Assembly: GCA_963844925.1 (NCBI GenBank)
Contig: CAWJQG010000016.1
Span: forward strand, 12,930-76,929
From: an uncultured Actinomycetota bacterium
Lineage (GTDB): Bacteria; Actinomycetota; Actinomycetes; Streptosporangiales; Streptosporangiaceae
DNA length: 64,000 bases
Direction of reading: 5' to 3'
Shown here piece after piece: positions 61,478 to 64,000 of the stretch. The notes beneath the pieces were generated by a model. It was not told the DNA's origin and did no database searches. It saw nothing but the letters and a program-made list of their open reading frames with translations. How positions within the stretch are numbered: the first letter of the stretch is position 1; every line of letters starts with the position of its first letter. Position numbers and translations under genes: made by a program.

Positions 61478-62101
61478 ATGGCCGATCCTGCTGACCCCGG
61501 CCATGCTGACGTCGATCCTGCCCGGACCGGCCCGAGCCGTCGCCGACAGTGGAGGCGCACGCTGGTCGAGACGGTCATCACGATCCTCGTGGCGGTGCTG
61601 CTGGCCAGCCTGGTGCGGACGTTCGCGTTCCGGACCTTCTTCATCCCCACGTCATCTATGGTGCCGACGCTCGGCGTGTACGACCGGATCCTGGTCCAGA
61701 AGGCCTTCTTCAACTGGCATGACGTACGCGAGGGCGACATCGTGGTGTTCAGTCACCCGGCACTCGACGAATGCCCAGGCCCGGCGAACGGCGACCTGGT
61801 CAAGCGCGTCATCGCGCTGCCGGGGCAGACGATCTATTCGTCGGGCAACAACATCTACGTGGACGGGCGGCTGCTCCCCGAGCCCTACCTGCCGCACTAC
61901 GACCCGCTCGGGCCGCCGATACCGGACGCGAGTAAACAGCGCCCCTACCGGGTGCCGCCAGGCGAGTTCTACCTGCTGGGCGACAACCGGGCCATCTCGT
62001 GCGATAGCCGCTACTGGGGACCGATCAAGGGCTCGAGCATTGTTGGCAAGGTGATCCTGGTGTGGTGGCACGACAGCCACCCCGAGTTCCGCGCATTCTG
62101 A
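61478..62101 (+). CDS. lepB: Signal peptidase I
   Basis: IPTSSMVPTL, LVKRVIALPG and GDNRAISCDSRYWG motifs. Confidence 0.93.
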   Translation: MADPADPGHADVDPARTGPSRRRQWRRTLVETVITILVAVLLASLVRTFAFRTFFIPTSSMVPTLGVYDRILVQKAFFNWHDVREGDIVVFSHPALDECPGPANGDLVKRVIALPGQTIYSSGNNIYVDGRLLPEPYLPHYDPLGPPIPDASKQRPYRVPPGEFYLLGDNRAISCDSRYWGPIKGSSIVGKVILVWWHDSHPEFRAF

Positions 62102-62314
62102 TCGCGGTCAACTTAAGGTCCACGGCGACAGTTCCAGCCCGGGAAGGTAAAGCGTCGGATCCGGTCAGCAACCCCCGAAGCGAGGTCGACATGACGGGTG
62201 CAGAGCAGGTCAGGACCGGGTGCCGGCAGTTTCCTTCGCCGCAGGCGCCACCTGGGATGACTTCGTACCCCGACGGCGTTCTACGTCATTTGCGTGGACG
62301 ATTCGCCTAACCCG

Positions 62315-62824
62315 CTAGGTAGAGCATGAGGGTTCGACCGCGTTATTTGTTCCAGTATATACATAATAGTCCGGTATGTACCCTACGGAGCCCCAACTGG
62401 TCTTGAAGTAAATTAGGTCCCAGACGCTGCTGTCTCCTACTTCAACAGTCTCTGCCGTGCAGTAGATAGACACGTTCGCCCCCGGGCAGGCGGTACCTAT
62501 CATGTCCTGCGAAACGACATAAGGCTCCGAATATACATTTGCGCATTGCCCGACCGGGAGGTCGTAGACCTGTCCCTGGTAGGGGCGGAAGGAAGGGGTG
62601 GTAGGTGGTGCCGTCGCGGGAGCCACGTTGACGACCACTCGGCTATTGTTCGCTGATGTTGTCGGCTGGCTCTTGTTGTTGCCTTGTGAGAGATACAGGG
62701 ATAGGCCCGTGATGACGGCAGCCAGGACCACGCCCGCTGTGCTAATATAGGTGATCTTGACTTTGCTGGAGGTACCTCGGTTCGGCGCTGGCCCTGGGGA
62801 ACCCTGTCTGCCGGAACTACTCAT
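62315..62824 (-). CDS. Membrane-anchored/secreted protein with SH3-like C-terminus
   Basis: N-terminal TM, Thr/Pro linker, VSIYC..WD..GYIPDYYV. Confidence 0.65.
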   Translation of the reverse strand: MSSSGRQGSPGPAPNRGTSSKVKITYISTAGVVLAAVITGLSLYLSQGNNKSQPTTSANNSRVVVNVAPATAPPTTPSFRPYQGQVYDLPVGQCANVYSEPYVVSQDMIGTACPGANVSIYCTAETVEVGDSSVWDLIYFKTSWGSVGYIPDYYVYTGTNNAVEPSCST

Positions 62825-62949
62825 GACCTACCCTCGCCGGATGTCCGAAGTGTTGGACTTTCCGGTCATCATAAAGTTTGGCCGGCCCTTCTTGCCATGA
62901 ATTATATGGAACGGACCGTGGCGACTCTTTGACCCACATTGTTAACCTG

Positions 62950-63240
62950 GGCCGCCCGGTCCGAGCCGTTCGCGGCGACGGTCACCGTGCACGTCGGGGT
63001 CGGCCGTCGGCAGCACCGACGACCAGTACATCGGGCTTTCCTTCGAGTCGGGCACGCTCAGCAGCGGCAAGTTCGACGACGTCGGCGACCTGCCGCAGAT
63101 GCTCAGGAACCTCGGCCGCTCGGTCCTGCGGTTCGGCGGCAACTCGGTAGACACCTGGTTCACCGGGATCACCCCAAGTGCGCTCGCGGGCCTGGTCAGG
63201 CTGGCGAAGGCGACCGGCTGGACGGTGCTCTACAGAGCCG
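62950..63240 (+). pseudogene. Glycoside hydrolase (GH79-like) fragment
   Basis: YIGLSFES..LRNLGRSVLRFGGNSVD; truncated at both ends. Confidence 0.5.
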
Positions 63241-63345
63241 GACATTTGGTAACTGTCTTGCGAAATGGGGCAGCCCGGCCTCGGCCTATCAGTACGGTAG
63301 CCATGAAAGGCCTAACACTGTTCATTAAGAGGAGAAAGATCCCCC

Positions 63346-63789
63346 ATGGCCCCCACACTGCAGGAGATGCTGCTCACCCCCGCCGCCCAGCCACAGGTAG
63401 TCGCCGACACCCAGGCGCTAGTCGAGCAGGAGCTGGCCAGCAAGTCCGGGATCTCGGCGACCGGGCTCAAGGTCGCGTACAAGGGGATAACCGCGTTTGC
63501 GCCGGGCTACTACCAGCAAATCATCGAGAACCTGCTCCCGGGCTGGATCGGCGCGCTTGAGCCGTACTGGGCGGACTTCAACGCCGGCGGCGGCTCCCAG
63601 TTCGGCGACTACCTCGCCAAGCGGCCCGAGGAGGTCTCTGAGGCGCTGCTCTCGGTCACCGACGCTGCGGGGCGCGAATCAGCGAGGCCCACGGTCGTCA
63701 AGCTGTACAACGCGGTGCGCGGCGGCGCCACCAAGCACATCGAGGCGGCGCTGCCGAACCTCGGGGCCATGGTGCAGAAATACGCCTGA
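63346..63789 (+). CDS. DUF6918-like protein
   Basis: KSGISATGLKVAY, EALLSVTD and KLYNAVR motifs. Confidence 0.75.
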   Translation: MAPTLQEMLLTPAAQPQVVADTQALVEQELASKSGISATGLKVAYKGITAFAPGYYQQIIENLLPGWIGALEPYWADFNAGGGSQFGDYLAKRPEEVSEALLSVTDAAGRESARPTVVKLYNAVRGGATKHIEAALPNLGAMVQKYA

Positions 63790-63807
63790 GAAGAATTAGG
63801 AGCCGAC

Positions 63808-63833
63808 GGCCCGGCCCGGAAACGGGCCGGGCC
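63808..63833. terminator. Perfect hairpin between convergent genes
   Basis: GGCCCGGCCCG-GAAA-CGGGCCGGGCC. Confidence 0.75.
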
Positions 63834-63837
63834 GGGC

Positions 63838-64000
63838 TCAGAAGCGCTCGGGATGCCAGTACACGTCTTCCGGAGTTCCGTACAGTGCGTTGTCGATGGC
63901 CTCGCGGCCCTGCGCGAAGGAGTAGTCCTGGTTGCACGACTCGTAGCGCCAGCCCCCGAACCGCCCGCGGCTGTAAACGCCGTGCGCGAGCAGCCGCTCG
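63838..64000 (-). CDS. C-terminus of an FAD-dependent oxidoreductase (protoporphyrinogen oxidase/UDP-Galp mutase-like), partial
   Basis: GVYSRGRFGGWRYESCNQDYSFAQGREA...HPERF*. Confidence 0.7.
   Translation of the reverse strand, partial: ERLLAHGVYSRGRFGGWRYESCNQDYSFAQGREAIDNALYGTPEDVYWHPERF

Overview
High-GC actinobacterial chromosome segment. Streptosporangiales-like affiliation is an inference from gene content only. It has three zones. (1) 1-38071 is an accessory/defence-like island 3' of tRNA-Leu(GAG). It holds two IS21-family elements, one with a ~3.75-kb tyrosine-recombinase element nested in istB, plus an IS1380, a nuclease-helical-repeat gene pair, three NLR-like P-loop/TPR genes and an attP-like relic. 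One NLR-like gene sits next to a small membrane protein that shares a HET-s-like repeated motif with it, a candidate amyloid signalling pair. (2) 38425-51579 is intact core genome: M20 peptidase, topA, MFS-tmk, holB, UDP-GlcA decarboxylase, PSP1, ECF sigma/anti-sigma, tRNA-Thr(CGT). (3) 51584-58257 is an island at tRNA-Thr bounded by 46-bp att repeats, encoding McrB, McrC and an amino-methyltransferase, followed by decayed regulators and ordinary genes. The first ~1.3 kb of this island has almost no cytosine on the + strand (11 C in ~1310 bp). The McrB Walker A and QFHxSY motifs can still be read in frame if the missing Cs are restored, which points to either a C-specific base-calling artefact or C-specific hypermutation. 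Frameshifts are frequent in accessory genes and absent from core genes. All assignments are from motif recognition; no searches were run.
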